This document shows positions 18,668-28,559 of a stretch of 53,976 bases of DNA, piece by piece. This DNA comes from a virus (Duplodnaviria > Caudoviricetes), in IMG/VR virus record IMGVR_UViG_3300030333_005911, positions 1-53,976 of that record; one strand, given 5' to 3'. Position 1 is the first letter of the stretch. Every line of letters starts with the position of its first letter. Under the pieces are notes generated by a model. The model was given only the letters and a program-made list of their open reading frames with translations, had not been told where the DNA came from and did no database searches. The translations under genes and the position numbers were made by a program.

Positions 18668-19638
18668 TGCCTAATTACTCTGGGGTGTGGGATTTAAGAC
18701 AACAAGGTGTGGCTGTTAAAGGTGATAGATGGGAATCAGCACCTGAAAATGTTTTTATTTCTGGTGTTACAAGTAGAAGAGCAAATGAAAAAATTAATTT
18801 GTTGTCAAGTGGTGGAGCAACAGATTTTGGAGAAATAAGATCTGGAGCAGGTCAAGCAGATGGAGATTTTTCAGCTAGGGCAGGTTTTGGTAATGGAGTA
18901 AGAGGTATTTATACTGCTATTGCCAATAATTATGGTGGAACGACTGATATAGAATATTTTACATTTGCATCAACAGGTGCTTCTCAAGACTTTGGAAATT
19001 TAACAGTTGCAAATTCTGTTGGATCTGGATTAAGTAATAATACTAGGGGAGTTATAACCAGTCATAATTCTACTGATACTATGGATTACATCACTATAAA
19101 TTCACTAGGGGATGCAACAGATTTTGGAAATTTAGCTACAGCTTCTGCTTATGGTGCAGCTTGTTCTTCTACAACTAGAGGTCTTATCGCAATAGGTTAT
19201 AATGGTAGCACTTATAATAATGATACTGTTAATTATATTACTATAGCATCAGAAGCAAACGCTACTGATTTTGGAAATTTAAGTCAAGCTAGAAGTTTTT
19301 TAGCTTCTTCATCTAGCACTACCAGAGGTGTATTTGGAGGTGGTAATGATGGTGGCACTTCTTATAACATAATCGATTATTTTACAATAGCATCAGAATC
19401 AAACGCTACTGATTTTGGAGATTTAACTATAACAAATAGAGTTAATGCTTCAGGCTCTGGTTCGACTAAAGCTATTTTTGCAAGTTCTAATGCAGGTACA
19501 TCTGATGCTGAAAGAAGTTTTATAAATAGAATAACTATAGCAACAACTGCAAATGCTAGTGATTTTGGAAATTTAAGTTATAAAAATGCAGTTTTAAGAA
19601 CAGCAGCAGGTGATTCTACACCATCACAAAAAGGATAA
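18667..19638 (+). CDS. DFGxL-repeat (probable beta-propeller) virion protein
   Basis: Six I.Y.TIAS..NATDFG(N/D)L-type repeats. Confidence 0.65.
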   Translation: MPNYSGVWDLRQQGVAVKGDRWESAPENVFISGVTSRRANEKINLLSSGGATDFGEIRSGAGQADGDFSARAGFGNGVRGIYTAIANNYGGTTDIEYFTFASTGASQDFGNLTVANSVGSGLSNNTRGVITSHNSTDTMDYITINSLGDATDFGNLATASAYGAACSSTTRGLIAIGYNGSTYNNDTVNYITIASEANATDFGNLSQARSFLASSSSTTRGVFGGGNDGGTSYNIIDYFTIASESNATDFGDLTITNRVNASGSGSTKAIFASSNAGTSDAERSFINRITIATTANASDFGNLSYKNAVLRTAAGDSTPSQKG

Positions 19639-19641
19639 ATT

Positions 19642-21705
19642 ATGACAAGATATTTAGGTGGATTAATTACAGCAGACGAAACACAATCACTTCCTTCTAA
19701 TAACTTTGAAGATACATCAGCTCCAGGAATATGGACATTAAGTGAAGCTGAAATGTTAAATAAACAAGGTCTTTGGCCAACAGCAGGAGTTGCGAATCCT
19801 TCAACACAAATAGAAAATATATTTAGTACTGATACTTTTTTTGATTCAAATAACGCAGCTGATGATGCAGGTAGAACGATTACTAATGGAATTAATTTGT
19901 CAGGAGAAGGTGGATTAGTATGGGTAAAAAGCAGAACTTCTGCACAAGATCATTCTTTAACTGATACTGTAAGAGGTGCATCTGTAAGGTTAAGCACAAA
20001 TACTACAGGTGCAAATGCAACAGGATCAAAATATGACAGAGTTGATCAATTTAATAGTAATGGTTTTAGATATCCAAATGGATTTGCAGCAGCTCAAGAT
20101 TACGTTGCTTGGACATTTAGAAAAGCACCAAACTTTTTTGATATTGTAAGTTGGTCTGGAAATGCAACAGCAGGTAGACAAATTAGTCATTCTTTAGGTT
20201 CTTTACCTGGAATGATAATAGTAAAAAATTTAACTGTTGCAGGAAATGGTTGGTATATTTATCACAGATCAACAGGAAAAGCTAAATATTTACTTTTTAC
20301 TACTGATGGTGAATTAAGTTCAACAACTGAATGGAACAATACTGATCCAACAACTACACATTTTACAGTTGGTAGTGGTGGTGGAGTTAATGGAAATGGA
20401 TCAAATTATGTAGCCTATCTTTTTGGACATGACACTTCATCTGATGGGATGATACAATGTGGCACTTATAGTGGTAATGGTTCTACTACTGGTCCAACAG
20501 TTAATTTGGGATTTGAACCACAATGGGTTATGGTGAAACAGACTAATGCTATTGGTCAATGGTGGAATATAATTGATTTTATTCGTGGGTTTACTACTTT
20601 TAGTGGTTCACAGACACTAGGAGCAAACGATGATGATGCTGAGTATGTAAATGCTAATCTTGGTTCTAGTACACCTATATTATCGCCAACACCTACAGGA
20701 TTTCAGGTAAGAAGTGCTCAGGCAGCTACAAATCAAGGTGGTGGTGGAACTTATATTTATGTAGCTATTCGCAGAGCACCAATGGCAACACAAACTGTTG
20801 CTTCAAATGTTTTTGAAGTATCAAGTTCTGGATCAAGCTCTCCACCACCAAGATTTAATGCTAGTTTCCCAGTTGGCATGGCATTACACAAAATAATAGA
20901 TCAAACAACTAATTGGAATTTATTTGCTAGAGAATTTGCAACTGATATGTTAGAAGTTGACACTACAAATTCTTTAAATACATCTTATCCAAATGATACA
21001 TTTGATTTTACTAATGGATATAATGATCAAACAACAGTTGATGTAGATGACATTTCATGGATGTGGAGAAAAGCAAAAGGTTATTTTGACGTAAGAGTTT
21101 ATGATGGCACAGGAAGTGTTACAACTCATGCTCACAATTTAGGTGTAGTTCCAGATATGATTTGGTTTAAATTACTTGATTCTACAGGTGGATTTACAAG
21201 AGGTTGGGTTGTAACTTCACTTCATTTACCGAATGCAACTGCAACAAATGACACAACACTTTATTTAAATACAAATGCAGCTGAAGTTGATGAAGCAATT
21301 ATGAACGATACTGGTCCTACATCAAGTGTATTTTCTGTAAGTGCAGATGCTCATGTCAATAATAGCACTAGCAGATATGTAGCTTTCCTATTTGCAAATC
21401 TGGATGGAGTAAGTAAAATTGGTACTGTTTCTCATACAAATGGGTCAGCAACTGCTGTTGATTGTGGATTTACAACTGGTACACAATTTTTATTATTAAA
21501 AAGAACTGATTCGGTAGGAGATTGGGAAATTTTTGATCCAGAATCAAATTTATTAAATGGTAATTATAAACAGGTATTAAATTCAACTGCAGCTCAAACT
21601 ACACAAAATACTATTGATACAGGTGGTTCATCTCCTGCTAATGGATTTCAAATTGCTAGTGGAGCTACAACAGGAACATATTTTTATTATGCAATAGCAA
21701 TATAG
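19642..21705 (+). CDS. Repeat-domain virion appendage protein (DUF7483-like)
   Basis: Repeated F.IV.(W/Y).G.G, H.LG..P.MI..K and GFEPQWVMVK units. Confidence 0.6.
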   Translation: MTRYLGGLITADETQSLPSNNFEDTSAPGIWTLSEAEMLNKQGLWPTAGVANPSTQIENIFSTDTFFDSNNAADDAGRTITNGINLSGEGGLVWVKSRTSAQDHSLTDTVRGASVRLSTNTTGANATGSKYDRVDQFNSNGFRYPNGFAAAQDYVAWTFRKAPNFFDIVSWSGNATAGRQISHSLGSLPGMIIVKNLTVAGNGWYIYHRSTGKAKYLLFTTDGELSSTTEWNNTDPTTTHFTVGSGGGVNGNGSNYVAYLFGHDTSSDGMIQCGTYSGNGSTTGPTVNLGFEPQWVMVKQTNAIGQWWNIIDFIRGFTTFSGSQTLGANDDDAEYVNANLGSSTPILSPTPTGFQVRSAQAATNQGGGGTYIYVAIRRAPMATQTVASNVFEVSSSGSSSPPPRFNASFPVGMALHKIIDQTTNWNLFAREFATDMLEVDTTNSLNTSYPNDTFDFTNGYNDQTTVDVDDISWMWRKAKGYFDVRVYDGTGSVTTHAHNLGVVPDMIWFKLLDSTGGFTRGWVVTSLHLPNATATNDTTLYLNTNAAEVDEAIMNDTGPTSSVFSVSADAHVNNSTSRYVAFLFANLDGVSKIGTVSHTNGSATAVDCGFTTGTQFLLLKRTDSVGDWEIFDPESNLLNGNYKQVLNSTAAQTTQNTIDTGGSSPANGFQIASGATTGTYFYYAIAI

Positions 21706-21712
21706 GTTTAAA

Positions 21713-22537
21713 ATGAATTTAACTTTAAAAAACATACAAACAGCTTTATCTGAAGTAAAACCAGAATATAAAACTATGTTAAAAAACATAGATAAGAATA
21801 TGCCTATGGTGCAACAGGCATCTAGTAATTTTTATAAATCACATTCTCAATTTATGGGTGTTACTTTAGATGTTACTGCTATTACACCAATAAGGTCTAT
21901 CAAGCACACTTTAGCAGAAGTTGATAAAACAAAAAGTGCTTTACAAGAAGCACAAATACGGATGAAGAAAAAATCTGTAGAATTAAAAATGAAACAACGT
22001 GAATTATTAGAGTGTCAAGATGATTTGCAAAGAGAAATGTTAGAAATAGAAATACTTGAATTACAAACACATTCTGTAAATTCACAAAATTATGTACAAG
22101 GTGCTATTAGAAAACTAAACTTTTTTATTAATCAATATAACTCTTTACTGAAACATTTAGGTGTAGATGAAATAACAGAGGAAATGTATGAAAGAGAAGA
22201 AACCAGATATCATATAATGACAGCTATGAAACAAGCTTTGACTAGTGCTAGACCAAGAGGTGGAGTTATAGATGAAGGTAATATGATTTATATTTTTGAT
22301 TTAGGTATTAGTGGTGCTCAAGCACAAGCTGAAGTCTTTGCCTATTTGCAAACAGAAAATGAATTGATGAAAAATGGTAAAGCACCTACTCATGAGATGA
22401 CAATGCGTTGGTTAGAAAAATGTGCAGATAAATGGGAAAAAGATCCAGAAATATTTGCAAATCGCAGAGGTTTTACATTATTAGACAAACAATCATTAAC
22501 AAACACAAAAAAATTAGAAAATAGAAAGAAACATTAA
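21713..22537 (+). CDS. Coiled-coil hypothetical protein
   Basis: 274-aa ORF with helical heptad region; no family recognised. Confidence 0.65.
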   Translation: MNLTLKNIQTALSEVKPEYKTMLKNIDKNMPMVQQASSNFYKSHSQFMGVTLDVTAITPIRSIKHTLAEVDKTKSALQEAQIRMKKKSVELKMKQRELLECQDDLQREMLEIEILELQTHSVNSQNYVQGAIRKLNFFINQYNSLLKHLGVDEITEEMYEREETRYHIMTAMKQALTSARPRGGVIDEGNMIYIFDLGISGAQAQAEVFAYLQTENELMKNGKAPTHEMTMRWLEKCADKWEKDPEIFANRRGFTLLDKQSLTNTKKLENRKKH

Positions 22538-22538
22538 A

Positions 22539-22940
22539 ATGAGTTTATTAACATCCTTAGTTGGTCCAGCAACAGACTTATTAGATAAATTTATAGAAGA
22601 TAAAGATCAAAAAGCAAAATTAGCACATGAATTGGCAACGATGGCAGATAAACATGCACAAGAAATCGCACTTGCACAAATCGCAGTTAATAAAGAAGAA
22701 GCTTCTTCTGGAAGCTTTTTTAAAGGTGGCTGGCGTCCTTTCATTGGTTGGGTCTGTGGGATTGCTTTTTTCTATCATTTTATTTGCCAGCCTGTTATTA
22801 TTTTTATAGTTGCTATAATAGGTTTGCAAATGCCTAGTTTGCCAGAGTTTGAAATGGGAACATTACTTACAGTGTTAGGTGGTATGCTAGGAATAGGTGG
22901 TTTAAGAACATATGAGAAACAGAAAGGATTAACGAAATAA
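22539..22940 (+). CDS. Holin (3TM, GTA-holin-like)
   Basis: GWRPFIGWVC motif, hydrophobic segments, GMLG.GG.RTYEK C-terminus; adjacent to endolysin. Confidence 0.85.
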   Translation: MSLLTSLVGPATDLLDKFIEDKDQKAKLAHELATMADKHAQEIALAQIAVNKEEASSGSFFKGGWRPFIGWVCGIAFFYHFICQPVIIFIVAIIGLQMPSLPEFEMGTLLTVLGGMLGIGGLRTYEKQKGLTK

Positions 22941-22941
22941 A

Positions 22942-23412
22942 ATGGCTTTTTCATTATCAAATAGATCTAAAAGTAAATTAGAAGGTGTCCATCCAGACAT
23001 GGTAAGTGTTGTTGAGACAGCAATCACTCTAACTAAAGTTGATTTTGGTGTAACCTATGGTGTAAGAACTTTAGAAGAACAGAAAAAATTGTATAATTCA
23101 GGAAGATCTCAAACTATGAATTCAAAACACCTTAAACAAGATTCGACTGGCTATTCACATGCTGTTGATGTTGTTGCTTATGATGGATCAGATGTTGTCT
23201 GGGAGCTAAATGTTTATGATGATATTTGCGATGCATTTAAAAAAGCAGCAGAGATGCATGGTGTTGCAATAAAATGGGGTGCAGCATGGTCAGAAGGTGA
23301 TATACGATCTTATCCTGGAACAGCAGAAGATGCAATGATGAAATATGTAGATTTAAGACGTAGTGAAGGAAAAAGACCATTTATAGATGGTCCACATTTT
23401 GAATTAATATGA
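22942..23412 (+). CDS. Endolysin, M15 family L-Ala-D-Glu peptidase
   Basis: G.RT.EEQ, S.H..., AVD and DGPHFEL Zn-peptidase motifs. Confidence 0.9.
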   Translation: MAFSLSNRSKSKLEGVHPDMVSVVETAITLTKVDFGVTYGVRTLEEQKKLYNSGRSQTMNSKHLKQDSTGYSHAVDVVAYDGSDVVWELNVYDDICDAFKKAAEMHGVAIKWGAAWSEGDIRSYPGTAEDAMMKYVDLRRSEGKRPFIDGPHFELI

Positions 23413-25826
23413 CATTACAACTACTACAATTTAATGCAGGTATCGTAAAAGATATTTCAGAATACACAGCAGGAAAAAATGGACCTTTCTGGGTAGATGG
23501 TAATCTTGTACGATTTGAAGATGGTTATCCTGCAAAAATTGGTGGTTGGGAAAAGAATGATTTAGTTGGAAGAAAAGTAGATGGAACACCAAGTGATATT
23601 GCAGAAAATCCAAAAGGTATTGGAAGAAAAATGCTTTTTTGGAGAGCTTTGTCAGATAGTAAAGACAGAATTGTTTTAGGCACAAGCAGTCATCTTTACA
23701 TAATACAAGATAGTGCAATTTATGATATTACACCATTAAGAAAAACTACAAATAATTTAACTAATCCACTAGCTACAACTGATGGCAGTACAACTGTAAC
23801 TATTACAGATAGTTCGCATGGTGCAAAAACTGGTGATTTTGTTGTAATAGAAAGTGCTACTGCAACAGGTGGTATTGCAGCTGATGATTTAAATAGAATG
23901 TCAGGATATCAAATTACACTTGTTGATGCTAATTCGTATACAATTACAGTAGATAGTGCAGCTACTAGTACAGTAACTTCTGGTGGTGGTACATCTCTAG
24001 ATGTGAAATATTTAATAGGTAAAGATGCAGGTTTAGGTACTGCAAGTGCAGCTCCTGCATTGGGTTGGGGTATTGATGGTTGGGGTAATGATGGTTGGGG
24101 AGATCCTGCTCCTGTAAGCACAACAAGTGTTGTTTTAGAAAATTCAAGTTGGCATATTAATCTTTGGGGTGAAGATGTATTGGCAGGAGTTCGTAATTAT
24201 GCTTTATATTATTGGGATACATCTGTTGGTCCTGCAACAAGAGCTGCATTAATTTCATCTTTAGGTGGTGCTGATGGTGTACCTGCAAAAGCAAGAGTTA
24301 CAACTGTATCGTTTCCAGATAGGCATTATGTTTGTGGTGGTGCAACTCCATTAGCAGGTGGTGCAACTGATGAAATGTTAGTTAGATGGTCAAACCAAGA
24401 AGATTATGCTGTATGGACACCAACTGCTACTAACACAGCAGGTGATCAAAGATTACAAATTGGTTCTAAAATTATATCTATGATTAGCACTAGAGAAGAA
24501 ACTTTAATATCAACAGATGAAGCTATTTATGGCATGACTTTTGTCGGTGGTGATTTTGTATTTAGTTTTAGGTTATTATCTGTAGGATCTGCTTCAGCAG
24601 GTTTAAATGCCATGATAAATGTTGATGGTAGTGTGTATTGGATGGGTGAGCAAAATTTTTACATATATGATGGTGCAGTTAAAGAAATCCCTTGCCCAGT
24701 CCAACAATATGTTTTTAATAGGATATATTCTCAATATAAAGATAAAGTTGTAGCAGGACATAATAAAAAATACAAAGAAGTTTCTTGGTATTATCCAAGT
24801 AAAAATAGAAAATTTTCTATTACTTTAGGTGGTTCGCAATTTATAGATCCAAATGCATCAGGCAATGTAAATTTATTAGAGAAAAAAGATTGTGGTATTG
24901 TTTGGCCATTTCCAGGAACTGATAGCTTTCAAGTTGGTGACCAAGTTTGGATTTCTACAGATAATATTGGTACAAGTATTTTTTCTTCTTTTTCTACAAA
25001 TACAGTTGGTGCAAGAGCAATTGTTACAAAAACTGAATATAAATTAACTGGTAATGCAGCTTATACTTTACTAACACAAGTAATAGAAGTGGAAATAGAT
25101 CCAATGGACTATAACACTCAAACAGAAAATATAATTCAATCAACAACAAACTGGAAATTTATTTGGAAACAAGCTTACAGTGATTTTATGAAAACTGTTT
25201 TAACTGATTTTCTTGAACAATCGACAACAGGTTGGTTTCAAATAAAAACTCCTATTACTGCTGTTACTGAACTTACAGATGTAGCGAATCCAGAAAATAA
25301 TAATTATGTTACTTATAACTATGAACAAAATGTTTGGACATTAGGCAACATGGGAAGAAGTTGTTGGCTAGATAGTTTTGGTGCAAGAGATAAACCTTTT
25401 GCTTTTGAGTCAGATGGAGTATTATATAATCATGAAACTGGCACTACTGACAATGGTGATCCTATGAATTGTTATATAGAAAGCTCTCCACAAGAGCTTA
25501 CTGCTAATGGTAATGAGATGCAATTAATAGATCGTATTATTCCTGATGTTCGTATAAGTGAAAACACATCTTTAGATTTATATTTAAAAGCAAGTAAATA
25601 TCCTTTTTCTTTACCTACTCCAAATGGAGTTAAAACAGGTGATATATCTTTAAAAGGTCCACTAAATGTAAGCTACAGCAATACAAGTGATTTTACATCT
25701 ATTGATAAAGTAAGCACTAGGATTAGAGGTAGACAGGTTTCATTGAAAATACAAAGTAATGGTTCTGAAGATCAATGGGCTACAGGAACTTTTAGAATTA
25801 ACACTAAACAGGATGGTATTAGATGA
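23409..25826 (+). CDS. Tail nozzle / DNA stabilisation protein (P22 gp10-like)
   Basis: VRF..G.P.KIGGW, VRWSNQED, TNTAG, YWMG, C-terminal R.RGRQ...DG.R motifs. Confidence 0.75.
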   Translation: MTLQLLQFNAGIVKDISEYTAGKNGPFWVDGNLVRFEDGYPAKIGGWEKNDLVGRKVDGTPSDIAENPKGIGRKMLFWRALSDSKDRIVLGTSSHLYIIQDSAIYDITPLRKTTNNLTNPLATTDGSTTVTITDSSHGAKTGDFVVIESATATGGIAADDLNRMSGYQITLVDANSYTITVDSAATSTVTSGGGTSLDVKYLIGKDAGLGTASAAPALGWGIDGWGNDGWGDPAPVSTTSVVLENSSWHINLWGEDVLAGVRNYALYYWDTSVGPATRAALISSLGGADGVPAKARVTTVSFPDRHYVCGGATPLAGGATDEMLVRWSNQEDYAVWTPTATNTAGDQRLQIGSKIISMISTREETLISTDEAIYGMTFVGGDFVFSFRLLSVGSASAGLNAMINVDGSVYWMGEQNFYIYDGAVKEIPCPVQQYVFNRIYSQYKDKVVAGHNKKYKEVSWYYPSKNRKFSITLGGSQFIDPNASGNVNLLEKKDCGIVWPFPGTDSFQVGDQVWISTDNIGTSIFSSFSTNTVGARAIVTKTEYKLTGNAAYTLLTQVIEVEIDPMDYNTQTENIIQSTTNWKFIWKQAYSDFMKTVLTDFLEQSTTGWFQIKTPITAVTELTDVANPENNNYVTYNYEQNVWTLGNMGRSCWLDSFGARDKPFAFESDGVLYNHETGTTDNGDPMNCYIESSPQELTANGNEMQLIDRIIPDVRISENTSLDLYLKASKYPFSLPTPNGVKTGDISLKGPLNVSYSNTSDFTSIDKVSTRIRGRQVSLKIQSNGSEDQWATGTFRINTKQDGIR

Positions 25827-27940
25827 CCGAAGGTGCTCCACTATCATTACCTAGATTACCTGATCCATCAGGTGACTTTTCATCTTCACAAAAAAGTTAT
25901 TTAAGAAGATTAAACAATATTAATGAATTAAATAATAGAGCACAATATTTTGCACAAAGTAATATATTACAAGTTGCAACAGAACAATCCGAAGCTGTAA
26001 GTTGGTTTTTAACTCCTAACATACAGGAAGCTACTTCTGGTGGAGGAGGAGGTGGTGGTGGTGATTTATTAGCATCTAATAATTTAAGTGATGTTGCATC
26101 AGCTTCTACATCTAGAGGTAATTTAGGTTTAGGAGATGCAGCCACAAAAACTGTAGGCATATCTAACACTAATGTTCCAGTGTTTACCTCTGGTGTTGCA
26201 GATAATGATTTTTTAAAGATAGATGGTACATCTGTAGAAGGTCGAGATGCAAGCCAAGTTCTTTCTGACATAGGTGCTCAAGCATCACTCACTTTTGGCA
26301 TATCTAATACTAATGCTGTAAAAATAGATAGTTCATCTGTTGCTGATGATGAGTATGCTAGGTTTACAGCAAATGGATTAGAATCTAGATCAACAGCAGA
26401 AGTGTTATCAGATATAGGTGCGATAGGTTCAGGTGCTGTTACAGTTATTACATCTTTATTAAATACAAGTTTAGTTGTTGGTAGAGATGCTGACAATGAT
26501 ATTGATTTTGCAACTGATAATGAAATTATTTTTAGAGCATCAGGTGCAGATCAATTAAAGATTATTGATGGTGGCATTATTCCTATTGCTGATGATGATA
26601 TTGATTTAGGTTCTGCTTCTTATCAATTTAAAGATGGTTACTTTCATGGTACATTAGAAGCTGATTCAATAACTGTTGATGGAACTGCTCTTAATACTGT
26701 AATTGCAGGAGTTACTGTTACTAATGCAACTAATTCCTCTCATGTTTTAGTTACTGATAATGAAAATACAAATGAAGAAAATTTAATTACTTTTGTAGAA
26801 GATGCCACTTCTACTACAGGAAATGTTGGCTTAGAAATGGATGGTAATCTGACTTACAATCCAAGCACAGGCACAGTAACTGCTACTGGATTTTCTGGTA
26901 ATTTAACAGGAACTTTACAAACAGCAGCCCAAACAAATGTAACCTCTTTAGGAACTTTAACTGCTCTTAGTGTTGATAATGTTAATATAGATGGTAACAC
27001 CATTATTTCTACTGACACTAATGGAGATATAAATTTAACTCCTAATGGAACAGGTAAAGTTAATGTAACCTCTACAAGCACTGCTAATATACTTCAATTA
27101 ACTTCAGAAAATACTGGAACTGGTCAATCACCAACACTTAGGCTCAACAGGAATAGTTCATCTCCTGTTTCTCAAGATTATCTGGGTGGTATAGATTTTT
27201 ATGGGAAAAATAGTGCTGATGAAGATTTTAAATATGCAGCTCTTGTTGGTCAAGCTCATGATGTAACTGATGGCACTGAAGATGGTAAAATAGCTATGTA
27301 TTCAGCTACAAATGGAACTTTTTACAAATGTGCAGAAATAGATAAATTTAGATTAAAAGCACAATATACTGGACAATATCGAAACCATCTTGCATCTATT
27401 TCAGCAAGCAATCAATCGAGTTTAAGCCTTAATGGTTATATGTCAACTTCTTATAAAATTTATGAAATTTTTTTAGAAAACATTGTTCCTGTAACTAATG
27501 GTGTAGATTTGTTATTAAACTGTGGTAATGGTGGCTCTGAAATTACGCAATATTATGGGTATTATAATAGTTTTTCAGGATCTAGTGGTAGTGATGCGTC
27601 ACAAACTGATTATCAAGTGCTTGCTTCTGGAACAGGTGGAATTTCTTCTCAAGGTAGATGGAAAATTAGTGGCAAAGATGAATTTGATGTAGGAAATACT
27701 AGTGCTGAAGGATATACAGGATTAGTTCGTCTTTATCATACGCAAGATTCAAGTAGATATGTGAATGGTCATATAGACCATTGTGCTTATCAATCTGATG
27801 ATGGTTATTCAGTAAACAGGTATATAAGTAGTTTTCGTGGAAATTTTGGATCAACGCTAGTCACAGATATAAATATAGCTTTTGATAGTGGAAATATTTC
27901 ATCAGGCACAATGTATCTTTATGGCATTTATGTAGGATAA
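25823..27940 (+). CDS. Tail fibre protein
   Basis: 705 aa T/S/G-rich, poly-Gly linker, NNLSD..R.NLGLG, PNGTG and C-terminal SGT..LYG motifs; followed by a chaperone. Confidence 0.8.
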   Translation: MTEGAPLSLPRLPDPSGDFSSSQKSYLRRLNNINELNNRAQYFAQSNILQVATEQSEAVSWFLTPNIQEATSGGGGGGGGDLLASNNLSDVASASTSRGNLGLGDAATKTVGISNTNVPVFTSGVADNDFLKIDGTSVEGRDASQVLSDIGAQASLTFGISNTNAVKIDSSSVADDEYARFTANGLESRSTAEVLSDIGAIGSGAVTVITSLLNTSLVVGRDADNDIDFATDNEIIFRASGADQLKIIDGGIIPIADDDIDLGSASYQFKDGYFHGTLEADSITVDGTALNTVIAGVTVTNATNSSHVLVTDNENTNEENLITFVEDATSTTGNVGLEMDGNLTYNPSTGTVTATGFSGNLTGTLQTAAQTNVTSLGTLTALSVDNVNIDGNTIISTDTNGDINLTPNGTGKVNVTSTSTANILQLTSENTGTGQSPTLRLNRNSSSPVSQDYLGGIDFYGKNSADEDFKYAALVGQAHDVTDGTEDGKIAMYSATNGTFYKCAEIDKFRLKAQYTGQYRNHLASISASNQSSLSLNGYMSTSYKIYEIFLENIVPVTNGVDLLLNCGNGGSEITQYYGYYNSFSGSSGSDASQTDYQVLASGTGGISSQGRWKISGKDEFDVGNTSAEGYTGLVRLYHTQDSSRYVNGHIDHCAYQSDDGYSVNRYISSFRGNFGSTLVTDINIAFDSGNISSGTMYLYGIYVG

Positions 27941-27942
27941 AA

Positions 27943-28230
27943 ATGGTTGATATATATAAAAATGTAAATGGTGAAAGTATAAAATTAGAAGGTGCTGAAC
28001 TTGATGCTTATAATAAGATGATTGAAGCAAAAATTGCTGATGCACCAGAAAAGAAAAAAAGAAAATTACGAAATCAAAGAAAAGAACTTTTAGAAGAAGC
28101 CGACTGGCAAATTAATAAAAAAATAGATAATAATCAAGATGCAACAAGTTGGAGAACATATAGACAAGCCTTGAGGGATATAACATCTGGTGATGTAGAT
28201 AACCCAACTTGGCCAACAAAACCTAGTTAA
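27943..28230 (+). CDS. Tail fibre assembly chaperone
   Basis: R..R..LL...DW, W..YRQALRDI, WPTKP. Confidence 0.85.
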   Translation: MVDIYKNVNGESIKLEGAELDAYNKMIEAKIADAPEKKKRKLRNQRKELLEEADWQINKKIDNNQDATSWRTYRQALRDITSGDVDNPTWPTKPS

Positions 28231-28234
28231 AAAT

Positions 28235-28558
28235 ATGCCAAATAATTATAAAAATGCAAAATTAGATTTAACAACTACAGACGTAACAACTCTTTATACT
28301 TGTCCTGCAGCTACAATTAGTATAATAAAGTCTATAATAGTAAGTGAGGATTCAAATGCTTCATCTACAATAACTTTAACTTTGACAAACGCATCGTCTG
28401 CTGTATTTAGTTTATTTAAGGACAAATCGATATCAGCAAAAGAAACAAAAGAATTATTAACAGCACCATTAATTTTGGAAGCTTCAGAAATTTTAAAAGT
28501 TACAGCAGGTAATGCGAATAGGTTGCATGTTGTAGCAAGCTTATTGGAGGTAAGTTAA
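28235..28558 (+). CDS. Small virion structural protein
   Basis: TLYTCP, IKSIIV, PLILE...LKV, S.LE pattern. Confidence 0.65.
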   Translation: MPNNYKNAKLDLTTTDVTTLYTCPAATISIIKSIIVSEDSNASSTITLTLTNASSAVFSLFKDKSISAKETKELLTAPLILEASEILKVTAGNANRLHVVASLLEVS

Positions 28559-28559
28559 A

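Noticed and set aside
17800-19600. Diversity-generating retroelement template/variable repeats
   Set aside because: The repeats are protein-level DFGxL units with divergent DNA, and no reverse transcriptase is encoded.
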